Both the position numbers and the translations under genes were made by a program. The notes beneath the pieces were generated by a model, which saw only the letters and a list, made by a program, of their open reading frames with translations, had not been told where the DNA came from and did not search any database. From positions 5,895 through 69,894 of the forward strand of contig JAAYEC010000034.1 of the NCBI GenBank assembly GCA_012728915.1: a stretch of 64,000 bases of DNA, written 5' to 3'. Shown here in pieces: positions 8,622 through 19,303 of the stretch. Each line of letters starts with the position of its first letter. Positions within the stretch are counted from its first letter, which is position 1. Source of the stretch: Deltaproteobacteria bacterium. Lineage in GTDB: Bacteria > Desulfobacterota > Syntrophia > Syntrophales > UBA2192.

Positions 8622-9058
8622 TTCAGGACCGCCGAGATTCCGATGGCCAAGAAGTTGGCCAGCTCCAGGAACATGAATCGCCTGAGAACATTCGTGAACA
8701 GGATCTGCAGGGCGATGGCAAGCGAGCAGGACGTGCAATACTGCAGGAATTGGACGATGATCGAAGCCCGGCCGCGGATCCTCCGGTCGCCCCACGTCCA
8801 TGCCCGGTTCCACAGAAAGTTGTGCACCGTGGCAATGAAGATGCCCGTCACGAGGGCCAGGTTCGCTCGGATGTCCGCGGACTCGATTCCACGATACACG
8901 AACTTGTCGGTGACGTAGAGCACGCTGACGTTGACAATCGTGCCCGCAAACCCGACAGCTCCGAATTTTGCGAAGCGCTGCCTGACCAGCCACTCCCCTC
9001 CGGGCAGCCGTGAAACGGCGTTCTTGACGGCCTGCTTGAAACGCAGCAATCCGCTCAC
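8558..9058 (-). CDS. GtrA family membrane protein
   Basis: Four-TM GtrA-like sequence (RFAKFGAVGFAGTIVNVSVLY ... AVLNYVINHVWTF). The GTG start forms a GTGA overlap with the stop of the upstream GT9 gene. The 3' end overlaps the convergent GT39 gene by 64 nt. Confidence 0.72.
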   Translation of the reverse strand: MSGLLRFKQAVKNAVSRLPGGEWLVRQRFAKFGAVGFAGTIVNVSVLYVTDKFVYRGIESADIRANLALVTGIFIATVHNFLWNRAWTWGDRRIRGRASIIVQFLQYCTSCSLAIALQILFTNVLRRFMFLELANFLAIGISAVLNYVINHVWTFRVRSGKDGKKV

Positions 9059-10260
9059 TGAGCCGGACCCTCCCCCAGCATCTCCAGTGCGCAGGCCAGA
9101 ACGGTCCTGGGCTCGATGACCTTGAGGCACCGGTTGTCGCCGTCGCAGGGCGAATTGCGGTGGTTGTACGCCGTCAGGCAGGGCGAACAGGCAAGCCCGC
9201 TGAAGAGCACCTTCGCACGGGGACTGTTGGGACCGTACAGCACAGGGGTCTCCGGTCCGAAGAGGAGGATCGAGCGGATGGGCGTCATGGCCGCGAACTG
9301 GCCAGGGCCGCCATCGTTGGTCACCAGCAGAGAAGCAAAGTGAAAGATGACCAGGAGCTCCCGGATGGACTTCGTGTAGCCCGTGAGGTCGACACACAGC
9401 GGTGATTGGCAGTGCTCCAAAATGGATCTCGCCAGGGGCTTGTCTTCGGGCATCCCGATGACGGCCACGGCGTATCCCCTATCCACGAGCGCCTGCGCCG
9501 TCTCGGCGAAGGACTCGAGGGGCCAGGCCCGGATGGGCAGGATTCCCCCGCTGGGGTACAGCAGCACCAGCTTCTTGCCTTCCACGGCGGGGAAGTCGCC
9601 GTACAGTCTTTTCTGCATCGCCTGCTGTTCGCCTTCCCGCAGGCGCATGGCGGGGGCTGCCTTCGGGACGCCGTCGTAGGTCTCGAACTTGTTCTTCGGC
9701 ACCGCGCGAGAGTCGATGGCATCGACGAGGGCCAGGAACTGGTCGCTGATGTGGCGGTAGGGGTTGTACAGGACGGGCCGGTTGATGAAGTCTCCCCTGT
9801 ATAGACCCTCCATGGTGTGGCGGTGAAACCCCGCGCGGACGGGCGCACCGCTGAGCAGGGCGAAAATGCTGCTCACGCGCGCGAAGAGCTCGCAGTCGAT
9901 GACGACGTCGAATCGCAGCTCCCGCATCTTCCGGACGGCCGCCAGGCTGTCCCCGGCAAGCCTCCGCAGGGAGCGATCGCCGAGCGTCATGACGTTTTCC
10001 GGGGGGATCACCTCCAGGAGGTCCAGGATCTCCCGGTTCTTTTCGAAGACGAGGGCGTGAATCGAGGCCTTCGGGTATTTCTCTCGGATCCGGCGGAACA
10101 TGGAGCTTCCCAGCACGAGGCTGCCCATCTCCGAGAGCAGGATGATCAGGATCCGCCCCGGCGGCAAGGTCACGTCCCGTCCGCCTCTGAAGAGGGACAA
10201 CGCCCTGCAGATCAGCGGTCCGACGGCCTGATCGATTTTTCTCTGTGTCCCGACATCCAT
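9055..10260 (-). CDS. glycosyltransferase family 9 (heptosyltransferase-like)
   Basis: 401-aa ORF with a GT9-like C-terminal motif (LLVTNDGGPGQFAA) and LPS-core heptosyltransferase-like layout. Confidence 0.78.
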   Translation of the reverse strand: MDVGTQRKIDQAVGPLICRALSLFRGGRDVTLPPGRILIILLSEMGSLVLGSSMFRRIREKYPKASIHALVFEKNREILDLLEVIPPENVMTLGDRSLRRLAGDSLAAVRKMRELRFDVVIDCELFARVSSIFALLSGAPVRAGFHRHTMEGLYRGDFINRPVLYNPYRHISDQFLALVDAIDSRAVPKNKFETYDGVPKAAPAMRLREGEQQAMQKRLYGDFPAVEGKKLVLLYPSGGILPIRAWPLESFAETAQALVDRGYAVAVIGMPEDKPLARSILEHCQSPLCVDLTGYTKSIRELLVIFHFASLLVTNDGGPGQFAAMTPIRSILLFGPETPVLYGPNSPRAKVLFSGLACSPCLTAYNHRNSPCDGDNRCLKVIEPRTVLACALEMLGEGPAQ

Positions 10261-10342
10261 GTCCGCTTGCGGACTCCCGCCGCTTCCGTTGTCCGGCGGC
10301 CGGCTCGACGCTCGGCCCCCTCCTCGTCCCCTGGGTCACGAA

Positions 10343-11038
10343 TCAGTCTTCCGGGCGGCTCGACGGCAGCCCCTCCCGATCGAGCCGGAACAGGTAATAG
10401 AGGGAAAGCCCGGTGAGGTAGACCAGGATGCCCGACCAGATCACGTCGGTCAGGAAATGGCCTCCCTGGATCATCCTGGCCAGCCCCATCAGCGCGCCGT
10501 AGAGGAGCCCGGCCGCCAAGGCCCTTCTGGCCCGTCCCGGGGATGTCTTCCTGAACACGAAGAACGGAGCCAGGACGAAAAATCCGATGGCTGCGTGCCC
10601 GGACGGAAACGAGCGCCCCTGTCCCTGCCCCCCCGGGCTCCAGAAAGGGCGGAAAACCTCCGTTCCGCCGAACTGCACGATGTCCGCCGGCCTCGGCCTG
10701 CCCCAGTGGTCCTTGAAGACGGTGTTTACGATCAGGCCGGGACCCAGGGCCAGAAATGCAACGACGAAAAGAGCGGCCGCCCTGTAGTGCCGCAGCCGCT
10801 CGACGAAAAAACCGAGCACGAAAGCGGTCACGCCCAGCGTGCCGAGGGCCAAGGCGGGGATGTTGCCGTAGCGGTAGAGGAATTCCCAGGGCTCGCGGCC
10901 TCCCTGGGGCCAGCCCGCGCCGGGCACGTAGAACAGGGCCGCGACGGCCAGATCGGCGCCCGCCGCCTGCAGAACAACCGTAGTGGCCGCAACGGACAGC
11001 AGGGGGATGAGGAATTCGAGGAGCAGGCCTCTGTTCAT
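10343..11038 (-). CDS. PAP2 superfamily lipid phosphatase (LpxE/LpxF-like candidate)
   Basis: Acid phosphatase motifs KDHWGRPRP, SFPSGHAA and GGHFLTDV in a multi-TM protein. Confidence 0.8.
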   Translation of the reverse strand: MNRGLLLEFLIPLLSVAATTVVLQAAGADLAVAALFYVPGAGWPQGGREPWEFLYRYGNIPALALGTLGVTAFVLGFFVERLRHYRAAALFVVAFLALGPGLIVNTVFKDHWGRPRPADIVQFGGTEVFRPFWSPGGQGQGRSFPSGHAAIGFFVLAPFFVFRKTSPGRARRALAAGLLYGALMGLARMIQGGHFLTDVIWSGILVYLTGLSLYYLFRLDREGLPSSRPED

Positions 11039-11274
11039 CTCTCTTCATGAAAAAAGGGCCTCCTGCGAGGCGCCTTGTCGTCGCGGTCAATAAACCACAC
11101 CTGCGTCGCCCAGTCAACTGTTTTGCCGTGGGATTCCGGCACATTACGGCCGCTGCGCCCGGCATGTTGCCGCTTGACAGGGAAACGGATTTTCATCACA
11201 GTATCTCCTCCGGGACAGATCCTGCCGAAATCTCGTCCCCCGCCGCGTTGCAAACGCGCGAAAGGAGCGCTGCC

Positions 11275-12360
11275 ATGGAAACTCCTCCGCCCCCCCGGGA
11301 CCTCACCCGCACGACACTGGCGGTGCTTTTTATCGGGGTCCTGATCGCGGCCAATCTCTGGATCCTGAAACCCTTCCTGGCGCCGCTCGTCTGGGCCGTC
11401 ATCATCGTCGTGGCCTCCTGGCCGATTCTCATCGGGCTTGAGTGTCGGCTTGGCGGCAAAAGGGGACCAGCCGTGGCGATCATGACGCTGGGACTGCTTG
11501 CCCTTCTGATTGTGCCGATCCTGCTGGCCGTCTCGACCCTTATCGACAATGTCGATCGCGTGACGGCCCTCGCGCAGACCCTCGAGAGGGAGGGGCTCCC
11601 CCCGATGCCCGCATGGGTTTCGGGAATACCGCTGATCGGTCACCGGACTGCCGAGGCATGGAACGAACTGGCCTCCGCTGGGTCCGAGGGCCTCGTCTCT
11701 AGGCTGACCCCCCATTTCAAGGACATTGTGAGCTGGTTCGCCGGTCAGGCGGGAGGAATCGGGATGATGATCGTCCAGTTCCTGCTCACCGTCGTCATCG
11801 CCGCAATCCTCTACTCCCGCGGCGAAACTGCGGCGGATACCGTGAGACGCTTTGTCCGCCGCCTTGCCGGCCAGCGAGGGGACGATGTGACGGTCCTCGC
11901 CGGAAGGGCCATCCGCGGCGTCGCGCTCGGCGTCGGGTTGACCGCTCTCGCACAGTCTGTTCTCGGTGGCATCGGTCTTGCCGTGGCGGGAGTCCCCGCC
12001 GCGACGGTGCTGACGGCCGTCATGCTGCTGCTCTGCATCGCACAGCTGGGGCCCGGGCTTGTCCTGGTCCCGGCTGTCATCTGGCTTTTCTGGAGCGGTG
12101 AGACCCTCTGGGGCACCCTCCTCCTGGTCTGGACGGTGATCGTGGGAACCATGGACAACTTCCTGCGCCCCCTGCTCATCAGGAAGGGCGCCGACCTGCC
12201 CCTTCTGCTGATCTTTGCCGGGGTGATCGGGGGTCTTCTGGCCTTCGGCATCATCGGCCTGTTCATCGGCCCCGTCGTGCTCGCCGTGACGTATACCCTG
12301 CTGGGAGCCTGGATTGCCGACACGATCGCCGGGACCGGGGGCACTCCCCCTCCTGCATAG
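11275..12360 (+). CDS. AI-2E family transporter (PerM-like permease)
   Basis: Multi-TM protein with typical AI-2E sequence (LAPLVWAVIIVVASWP ... NFLRPLLIRKGADLP). Start taken at ATG 11275. Confidence 0.8.
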   Translation: METPPPPRDLTRTTLAVLFIGVLIAANLWILKPFLAPLVWAVIIVVASWPILIGLECRLGGKRGPAVAIMTLGLLALLIVPILLAVSTLIDNVDRVTALAQTLEREGLPPMPAWVSGIPLIGHRTAEAWNELASAGSEGLVSRLTPHFKDIVSWFAGQAGGIGMMIVQFLLTVVIAAILYSRGETAADTVRRFVRRLAGQRGDDVTVLAGRAIRGVALGVGLTALAQSVLGGIGLAVAGVPAATVLTAVMLLLCIAQLGPGLVLVPAVIWLFWSGETLWGTLLLVWTVIVGTMDNFLRPLLIRKGADLPLLLIFAGVIGGLLAFGIIGLFIGPVVLAVTYTLLGAWIADTIAGTGGTPPPA

Positions 12361-12424
12361 CCCCGGCAGGACTCCCCGGCCGCGCGCGTCGGCTCGTCAG
12401 CCGGCCACCGCCCGGGGCTCTCGC

Positions 12425-13099
12425 TCAGCGGCCCCGTTCGAAGCCGTTGCCCGACAGGAAATGCTTCACGTCCCTGAAGCTGCGGTACTTGCGGACGCCC
12501 TTCCGCGCCTTCGCCGACAGGCGCGTCCAGAGGATCCCCTTGGCGAACACGAGATCCGCCTTTCCGGCCGGACACAGGTCGGAGTACCCGTCACCCACAT
12601 AGAGGATCGTTCCGTAGTCCGCCCGGCAGGACTCGAGAATGCCGCTCTTGCAGGTCCCGCACCGGCTGCATGCCTCGTTGGCATAGGGAAACTCGATGGC
12701 CCGCGGCTTGCCCGACTCGAAGGTCATGACGTTCGAGTAGAAGGGGATCTCCGCGAGCCCGTGCCTCCTGAGGACGAAATCGATGTAGAAGTCCAGTCCG
12801 TCGGAAACGACCTTGACGTCGACCCCCCGCTCCCGGCAGAAGGCGTAGAACTCCCCGAAGTGAGGATCGACAACGGTGTTTTCCGCCACAAACCGCAGCA
12901 TGTCCTCCCGGTTGCCGTCCAGGATCGCGCAGATGCGTCCGTAGGCCTCGAGGGACCCGATCCTGCCCTCGCAGTAATCGCGGTCGATGTCATCCCAGCC
13001 TTTTCCGCTGAACTTCAGCAGCACTTCGTATCCGACGTCGGTGAGGCTCAGCGTCCCGTCAAAGTCGGTCAGGACGAGGAGCGGTTTTTTCGATGACAT
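12425..13099 (-). CDS. HAD-IB family phosphatase (MtnX-like)
   Basis: DFDGT nucleophile motif at the N-terminus, internal CSRCGTCK, and GDGYSD motif IV. Confidence 0.72.
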   Translation of the reverse strand: MSSKKPLLVLTDFDGTLSLTDVGYEVLLKFSGKGWDDIDRDYCEGRIGSLEAYGRICAILDGNREDMLRFVAENTVVDPHFGEFYAFCRERGVDVKVVSDGLDFYIDFVLRRHGLAEIPFYSNVMTFESGKPRAIEFPYANEACSRCGTCKSGILESCRADYGTILYVGDGYSDLCPAGKADLVFAKGILWTRLSAKARKGVRKYRSFRDVKHFLSGNGFERGR

Positions 13100-13117
13100 C
13101 GCGGCGGACCGCCTCCT

Positions 13118-13441
13118 TCAGGACTCTTTTTTTCTCAGGTACTTGAAGTAGACGAACACGAGCGCAATCAAAACGACCGACCGGATCACGTTCAGCGTCA
13201 CGTCGCCCACGTGGCCGAACCAGTTCTCGAAGAAGAGGAACAGCAGCCCCGCTGCCCCGATGATCCAGCCCCCCGCGTCCCTCGGGCTCTGGACGAGCGT
13301 AAACAGGGCAAATACGAGGATCAGGATGGGCCAGCTCTTGTCCAGGCTGTAGACGCCCAGTGCACTCAGCAGCGCCAGCACCCCCAGAGTCAGCAGGATC
13401 ACCGCTCCCGACGCGATTTTCATCTTCTCCTTCGCTTCCAC
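13118..13441 (-). CDS. small hydrophobic membrane protein, function unknown
   Basis: 107-aa ORF with 3-4 hydrophobic helices, co-directional and tightly spaced after the SPFH gene. Confidence 0.5.
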   Translation of the reverse strand: MEAKEKMKIASGAVILLTLGVLALLSALGVYSLDKSWPILILVFALFTLVQSPRDAGGWIIGAAGLLFLFFENWFGHVGDVTLNVIRSVVLIALVFVYFKYLRKKES

Positions 13442-13477
13442 GCTCGATCCTCCTTTCCGCGGGCTCGACTCGTCCGC

Positions 13478-14233
13478 TTATGCCGTGCCCTTGTCTTCTT
13501 TCTTGAACATGAGGTTCAGCATGTCGATGGGGATCGGGAACACGGTTGTCGTGTTGTTCTCCGTCCCGATCTGCACCAGCGTCTGCAGGTACCGGAGCTG
13601 CAGGGCCATGGGCTGCTGCTGCATCACGGCGGCGGCCTCGGAGAGTTTCTGGGCGGCCTGGTACTCGCCCTCGGCGGCGATGACCTTGGCCCGGCGCTCG
13701 CGCTCCGCCTCGGCCTGCTTCGCCATGGCCCGCTGCATGTCGGGCGGCAGGTCGATATACTTCACCTCGACATGGGTCACCTTGATCCCCCAGGGATCGG
13801 TGCTTCGGTCCAGGATTTCCTGGATGTGCAGGTTGAGCTTCTCCCGCGAGGCCAGGATCTCGTCGAGCTCCACCTGGCCGCAGACGCTTCGAAGCGTCGT
13901 CTGCGCGAGCTGCGAGGTGGCATAGAGAAAGTTCTCCACCTCGATGATCGCCTTCATGGCCTCGACGACGCGGAAATAGACGACGGCGTTGACCTTGATG
14001 GAAACGTTGTCCCGCGTGATGACGTCCTGCGAGGGGACATCCATGGTGATCGTCCGCATGTCCACGCGGACCATGCGGTCCACGACGGGAATGAGGATGA
14101 TGAGGCCGGGCCCCTTGACGGGAATGATCCGGCCCAGCCGGAAAATGACGGCCCTTTCATATTCGTTGAGGATCCGGATCGCAGCGGCCAGAAACATGAC
14201 TGCCAGGACAACGAGGACGAGTATGGTGTACAT
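13478..14233 (-). CDS. SPFH/Band 7 (stomatin-like) protein
   Basis: N-terminal TM followed by the stomatin core ([12 protein letters not shown] ... [16 protein letters not shown] ... [10 protein letters not shown]). Confidence 0.9.
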   Translation of the reverse strand: MYTILVLVVLAVMFLAAAIRILNEYERAVIFRLGRIIPVKGPGLIILIPVVDRMVRVDMRTITMDVPSQDVITRDNVSIKVNAVVYFRVVEAMKAIIEVENFLYATSQLAQTTLRSVCGQVELDEILASREKLNLHIQEILDRSTDPWGIKVTHVEVKYIDLPPDMQRAMAKQAEAERERRAKVIAAEGEYQAAQKLSEAAAVMQQQPMALQLRYLQTLVQIGTENNTTTVFPIPIDMLNLMFKKEDKGTA

Positions 14234-14244
14234 GGAAACCCCCT

Positions 14245-15561
14245 TTACGAGCGTTCTTCAACTTCGATGTTCAACCCCTTGACGTCGACGACTTGGACTT
14301 TTTTCCCTTTTTCAATGGGCGCCTTGCTGAATGCGTTCCAGTATTCGCCGCGGATGAGCACCTTCCCTTTTTCGTGAACCGCCGAGGCCGCCTCCCCGAG
14401 AACGCCGATCATCCCTTCGCTGCCGGTGGCGACCCTGCGCATCTGGGCCCGGACGGCAATCGAGATGACCCCGGCGAAGAACAGGGAGACGATCGCCACC
14501 GTCGGGACCAGCACGCTCCAGGACACGCGCAGGGCCGGGTCCGGCGACTCGAAGAGCATGATGGAGCCGAGGGCAAGCGAGACGACGCCGCCCATGGTGA
14601 GGACCCCGTGGCTGACCACCTTGATCTCGGCGATGAACAGGGCCACGGCCAGGAGGATCAGCAGGATACCGGCATAATTCACGGGAAGGGTCTGGAAAGC
14701 GAAAAACGCCAGGATCAGGGAGATGGCGCCGATGATCCCCGGCAGGACGACCCCCGGGGAGGAAAACTCGAAATACAGCCCCGCGAGGCCAAGCAGGAAC
14801 AGGATGAAGGCGATGTTCGGGTTCGAGATGGTGATGAGCACCTTCTCGCGGAATCCCATCTCCTTGCGGTTGAGTTCGGCACCTTTCGTTTTCAGGGTCT
14901 TGCTCCCGGCGGCGAGCTTCACCTCGCGCCCGTCGATTTTGACGAGCAGGTCGGCCATGTCGGCGGCGACGAGGTCGATGACCTTCAGTTTCAGGGCCTC
15001 CTCGGCCGTCACGGACACGCTCTTGCGGATGGCCTCCTCGATCCAGTCGGCATTGCGCCCCTTCTGCTCGGCAATCCCCCGACCGTAGGCCACCGCGTCG
15101 TTTTCGACCTTTTCCATCATGGTCTCGTCCGCCTTCCCGATGCCCATGGCCACGGGGTGCGCCGCCCCGATGTTCGTCCCGGGGGCCATGGCCGCAACGT
15201 GGGCCGAAATCGTGATGAGCACACCCGCCGAGGCCGCCCTGGCCCCGGAGGGCGACACGTAGACGACGACGGGGACGGTTGCGTTGAGGCACTCTTTAAT
15301 GATGTCACGCATCGACAGATCGAGCCCCCCGGGCGTGTCGAGCTGGATGACGATGGCCTCCGTCCCGCTCTCGGCGGCCTGCCGGATGCTCTTCACGATG
15401 TATTCCCCGATGGGCGGCGTGATGACCTCGCTGACGGTGATGACATCGACGACCCGCTTTTCCCCGGCCGCCTGAAGAACGACACCGGGCGACAGCGCGG
15501 AAAGGAGCAATGCGGCGGCGGCAAGCAGAACCGTCGTTTTTACGGGCAAGATTATTTTCAT
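14245..15561 (-). CDS. NfeD family membrane-bound ClpP-class serine protease
   Basis: Signal peptide, ClpP-like domain (LDTPGG ... ARAASAG), TM bundle and C-terminal OB-like NfeD domain. Classic nfeD-stomatin pairing. Confidence 0.9.
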   Translation of the reverse strand: MKIILPVKTTVLLAAAALLLSALSPGVVLQAAGEKRVVDVITVSEVITPPIGEYIVKSIRQAAESGTEAIVIQLDTPGGLDLSMRDIIKECLNATVPVVVYVSPSGARAASAGVLITISAHVAAMAPGTNIGAAHPVAMGIGKADETMMEKVENDAVAYGRGIAEQKGRNADWIEEAIRKSVSVTAEEALKLKVIDLVAADMADLLVKIDGREVKLAAGSKTLKTKGAELNRKEMGFREKVLITISNPNIAFILFLLGLAGLYFEFSSPGVVLPGIIGAISLILAFFAFQTLPVNYAGILLILLAVALFIAEIKVVSHGVLTMGGVVSLALGSIMLFESPDPALRVSWSVLVPTVAIVSLFFAGVISIAVRAQMRRVATGSEGMIGVLGEAASAVHEKGKVLIRGEYWNAFSKAPIEKGKKVQVVDVKGLNIEVEERS

Positions 15562-15564
15562 TCT

Positions 15565-16344
15565 TCACCCTCTCAGGACCTTCATGATTTTCTGCACGTC
15601 TTCCCAGACCATCTTCTTCGCGCCGGGGTTGCGCAGGAGGTAGGCCGGGTGATAGGTCGGCATGAGTCTGCGCCCGTGGTAATCGTGGAACCTTCCCCGG
15701 ATCGCCGAGATCGGCGACTCGGTCCGCAGCAGCGTCTTGGCGGCAAACGTCCCGAGCGCGCAGATGATTTCCGGGTCTATGGCGTCCAGCTGCTTCAGCA
15801 GGAACGGTTCGCACGCGGCGATCTCGTCTTCCCCGGGGTTGCGGTTCCCGGGCGGCCGGCATTTCAGGATGTTGCAGATGTAGACGTCCCGGCGCTCGAG
15901 CCCCATGGCGGCGATAATCTTCGTGAGAAGCTGCCCCGCCCGGCCCACGAAGGGTCGGCCCTGACTGTCTTCCTCCTCCCCCGGGGCCTCGCCTACGAAA
16001 ACGAGCCGCGCTTTTGCGCTGCCTTCGCCGAAGACGAGATTCTTCCGGGTGCGATGGAGCGGGCACCGGGCGCATTCACCCAGTTCCGCGCGAACCCCTA
16101 GGAGGTCGGGGGGCCCTTTCGTCAAGACCGTTCTTTCCGCGCTGTCCGCAGGAGCCGCCGTCGCAGACCTCTCGGCCCGCATGCACCCCGGCCTCCTGAT
16201 CCTGAGGCGTGACACCGGGAGGTAGGCATCCTGTTCGCCGGCGACATGGCGCCTCAGGGCACTCACGAGAAGGCGCAACTCGCCCCGCAGGTCATCCTCT
16301 CCGCGCACGCGCCGCCCCTTTTCGTGTCCCGATGAGTTCCGCAA
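15565..16344 (-). CDS. uracil-DNA glycosylase, family 4
   Basis: CARCPLH cluster motif, GEAPGEEEDSQGRPFVGRAGQLL and HPAYLLRNP. Start uncertain: 16344 overlaps coaBC by 53 nt, and internal starts at 16308 or 16182 are possible. Confidence 0.82.
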   Translation of the reverse strand: MRNSSGHEKGRRVRGEDDLRGELRLLVSALRRHVAGEQDAYLPVSRLRIRRPGCMRAERSATAAPADSAERTVLTKGPPDLLGVRAELGECARCPLHRTRKNLVFGEGSAKARLVFVGEAPGEEEDSQGRPFVGRAGQLLTKIIAAMGLERRDVYICNILKCRPPGNRNPGEDEIAACEPFLLKQLDAIDPEIICALGTFAAKTLLRTESPISAIRGRFHDYHGRRLMPTYHPAYLLRNPGAKKMVWEDVQKIMKVLRG

Positions 16345-17512
16345 CGCGGTCCAGGATGCGGTGCGCTACATCCATCTTGTCCATCCGGGGAAGGTCCTCC
16401 GAGCCCCCCTCCCGGTCGAGGATCTTGACGATGTTCGTCTCTGCCGCAAACCCCGCGCCGGGCTGGGTGATGTCATTGGCCACGATGAGGTCCATGTTCT
16501 TTTCCCTGAGCTTCTTCGCGGCGTACTCGACGAGATGGTCCGTCTCGACGGCAAACCCCACGAGGACCCGGTCCCCCTTGACCTTCCCCACCTCTCTGAT
16601 GATGTCCGGGTTTTTCTCCAGCCGGAACTCGAGGGGCCGGTCCGTTTTCTTGATCTTGGAGTCGGAAAAATCCGCGGGCCTGTAATCCGCCACGGCGGCG
16701 GACTTGATGACGACCGTCGCGTCTTTGAGGTTCTGCATGACCGCGTCGCGCATCTCGCGGGCCGAAACGACGGGCACGAACCGGACCCCCCGGGGCTCCG
16801 GCAGGCTCGTGGGCCCGCTGACGAGCGTCACCGCCGCCCCGCGTCTCTTCGCCGCCAGGGCCAAGGCATAGCCCATTTTCCCGGTGGAGTAATTCGTGAT
16901 GAACCGCACGGGGTCGAAAGCCTCCCGGGTGGGCCCCGCGGTGACGAGGATGTGCTGCCCGCCGAGGTCCTTGGCCGTCAGGAGATCCTCCGCGTCCTCC
17001 GCGATGTCCTCGAGGCACGCGAGCCGGCCGTACCCCTCGGTCTTGCAGGCCAGCTCCCCGTAGCCCGCCTCGACGAACCGGTACCCCTTCGCGGCGAGTT
17101 TCTCCATGTTTTCGCGGACAATGGGGTTCGAATACATGTTCACGTTCATGGCGGGGCAGATGAGCACCGGCGCCCGCGTGGCCATGACGGTCGTGGTCAG
17201 CAGATCGTCGGCGATGCCGCCCGCGATCTTGCCGATCACGTTGGCCGTTGCCGGCGCCAACAGGACGAGGCTGGCGCTCTCGGCCAGGGAAATGTGCCCG
17301 ATCTCCCACTCCCCCGTCAGCTGAAACGTGTCGACGGAGACGGGATTGCCCGTCAGCGTCTGGAAGGTGAGCGGGGTGATGAACTCCGTGGCGTTCCGCG
17401 TCATGATGACGTGGACGGCCGCCCCTCGCCTGATGAATTCCCGGGCCAGTTCGGCGGCCTTGTACGCCGCGATGCCGCCCGTCACCCCGAGGACGATTTT
17501 CTTTCCCTTCAT
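16292..17512 (-). CDS. coaBC: bifunctional phosphopantothenoylcysteine decarboxylase / phosphopantothenate-cysteine ligase
   Basis: MKGKKIVLGVTGGIAAYKA flavoprotein N-domain and PAMNxxM motif, followed by a CoaB domain. GGGAGAG Shine-Dalgarno precedes ATG 17512. The ORF-track extension to 18112 is not supported. Confidence 0.92.
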   Translation of the reverse strand: MKGKKIVLGVTGGIAAYKAAELAREFIRRGAAVHVIMTRNATEFITPLTFQTLTGNPVSVDTFQLTGEWEIGHISLAESASLVLLAPATANVIGKIAGGIADDLLTTTVMATRAPVLICPAMNVNMYSNPIVRENMEKLAAKGYRFVEAGYGELACKTEGYGRLACLEDIAEDAEDLLTAKDLGGQHILVTAGPTREAFDPVRFITNYSTGKMGYALALAAKRRGAAVTLVSGPTSLPEPRGVRFVPVVSAREMRDAVMQNLKDATVVIKSAAVADYRPADFSDSKIKKTDRPLEFRLEKNPDIIREVGKVKGDRVLVGFAVETDHLVEYAAKKLREKNMDLIVANDITQPGAGFAAETNIVKILDREGGSEDLPRMDKMDVAHRILDRVAELIGTRKGAARARRG

Positions 17513-17786
17513 CCGATTCTCTCCCGAAATGCCGACATCCTCCCGTGCAGTGGGCTGCCCCGCGCCGCCCCGGTGCCTGGACCCGGGGGCATGGCCTCTT
17601 TCCCATGCTCCTTGGGCCCTCTGCCCCGGGTCGTCTAACAAATATACCAATTCGCCCGTAACGTCAAGAAATGAAGGGATTTCCGGGTCGTCATGGGGCT
17701 TGAAATATTTTCGTTTCCGGGTATGATGGGCGGCGTTTCGGGTGCGTTGGACACCCACAAACCGTCTCCCGGGGGAACCAGTAGCC

Positions 17787-19184
17787 ATGAACCGGATGTA
17801 TTTGATCGCCGTTGCCGCTGTGATCGCGCTGGCAGGAGCCGCCTTCTGGGCCTTCAACACCGTGCTCGAATTCGAAAAACCCTCCGTCGTCTTGAAAGAG
17901 GAAGTCTCGACGATCGGGCAGTCAAGCGCCCTCGGACTGACCGTTGCGGACCGAAAGAGCGGGATCCGGAGCGTCACGATCACCGTCGGCCAGGACGGCA
18001 AGGAGACGGTTCTGCTCTCCGGCACATACCCCCGGGGCACGGTGGAGGAAACCCTGGTCATCGAGGTCGACCCGCGCGGCAGGGGCCTGAAGGACGGACC
18101 GGCGACCATCACGATCTCCGTCGAGGATCACTCCTGGCTCAGGAACCGCGGGACGCTCACCCTCGAGACATCGATCGACACCGTGCCCCCGCAGATCGGG
18201 CTGATCAGCACGGCCCACAACGTCAACGCCGGTGGAGCCGGCGTCGCGGTCTACCGGGTCTCCGAAGAGGTGACGATCACGGGCGTGAGGATGGGGGATC
18301 GTTTCTTCCGGGGCTATCCCTTCTCGATGCAGGGAAAGCCCTGCCATGTCGTTTATTTCGCGGTGCCGACTTCGGCGGGCAAGAGAGACAGCCGGATCCT
18401 GGTCACGGCGCGGGACAGGGCGGGGAACGAATCTTCCACGGTTCTGCCCCACCTCGTCCGGGAAAAGAAGTTCAAGTCGGACAGGATCACGGTCAGCAGG
18501 GCGTTCATCGAAAACCTCTCCCCGCCGTTCCGACGGCAGGATCCCCGCGTGCCGGCGACCCCGCTGGAAGCCTTCCTCTTTATCAACGAGAAGCTGCGGG
18601 ATGAAAATGACAAGACCATCCGGGAGGCCTGCGCGAAGACGCAGCCCAGGGCCCTCTGGGACGGCGTGTTCCTGCGCATGAAGAACGCGGCCCCCATGGC
18701 CGGATTCGGCGAGGAGCGGACCTACTGGTTCGAGGGGATGGCCGTGAGCAAGAGCGCCCACCTGGGCGTCGACCTTGCCTCGACGGAGCACGCCCCCATC
18801 GAGGCCGCAAACAGCGGCGTCGTCGTGTTCGCGGGTCCCCTCGGGATCTACGGCAACGCCGTGATCGTAGACCACGGCCTGGGCCTCTGCAGCCTTTACG
18901 CGCACCTCTCCGAGATCACCGCGAAGGTCGGCCAGGCGGTGTCGAAGGGGGAAGCAATGGGAGCCAGCGGCAGCACGGGCCTCGCGAGCGGAGACCACCT
19001 TCACTTTTCCATGCTTGTCGGCGGCGAGTTCGTGAACCCGACCGAATGGTGGGACGCGCACTGGATCCGCGACAACGTGACGGGCAAGCTCACCGAGTCG
19101 GCCGCGCCGGCAGACGCTCCAACCGTGAAGGCCCAGCCCGTGAAGGCCAAGGCGAAACCCAAGAAGAAAAGGGCAACGCGATAG
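17787..19184 (+). CDS. M23 family metallopeptidase
   Basis: N-terminal TM, HLGVDLAS and GDHLHFSMLVGG zinc-ligand motifs, Lys-rich tail. Confidence 0.85.
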   Translation: MNRMYLIAVAAVIALAGAAFWAFNTVLEFEKPSVVLKEEVSTIGQSSALGLTVADRKSGIRSVTITVGQDGKETVLLSGTYPRGTVEETLVIEVDPRGRGLKDGPATITISVEDHSWLRNRGTLTLETSIDTVPPQIGLISTAHNVNAGGAGVAVYRVSEEVTITGVRMGDRFFRGYPFSMQGKPCHVVYFAVPTSAGKRDSRILVTARDRAGNESSTVLPHLVREKKFKSDRITVSRAFIENLSPPFRRQDPRVPATPLEAFLFINEKLRDENDKTIREACAKTQPRALWDGVFLRMKNAAPMAGFGEERTYWFEGMAVSKSAHLGVDLASTEHAPIEAANSGVVVFAGPLGIYGNAVIVDHGLGLCSLYAHLSEITAKVGQAVSKGEAMGASGSTGLASGDHLHFSMLVGGEFVNPTEWWDAHWIRDNVTGKLTESAAPADAPTVKAQPVKAKAKPKKKRATR

Positions 19185-19229
19185 GCTCGGCGTACGGGGA
19201 ACCGGGAAAGATCGGCCGCAGGAGAAACG

Positions 19230-19264
19230 AAAAGGATCAGGGAAAGTCCCCGATCCTTTTTTTT
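19230..19264. terminator. bidirectional rho-independent terminator between the convergent M23 and rapZ genes
   Basis: A-run, then GGATCAGGG-loop-CCCCGATCC hairpin, then T8. Confidence 0.6.
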
Positions 19265-19303
19265 CGTTTAGAATTGCCTGCCCCCGGTCCCCGCGGCCTG
19301 TTC

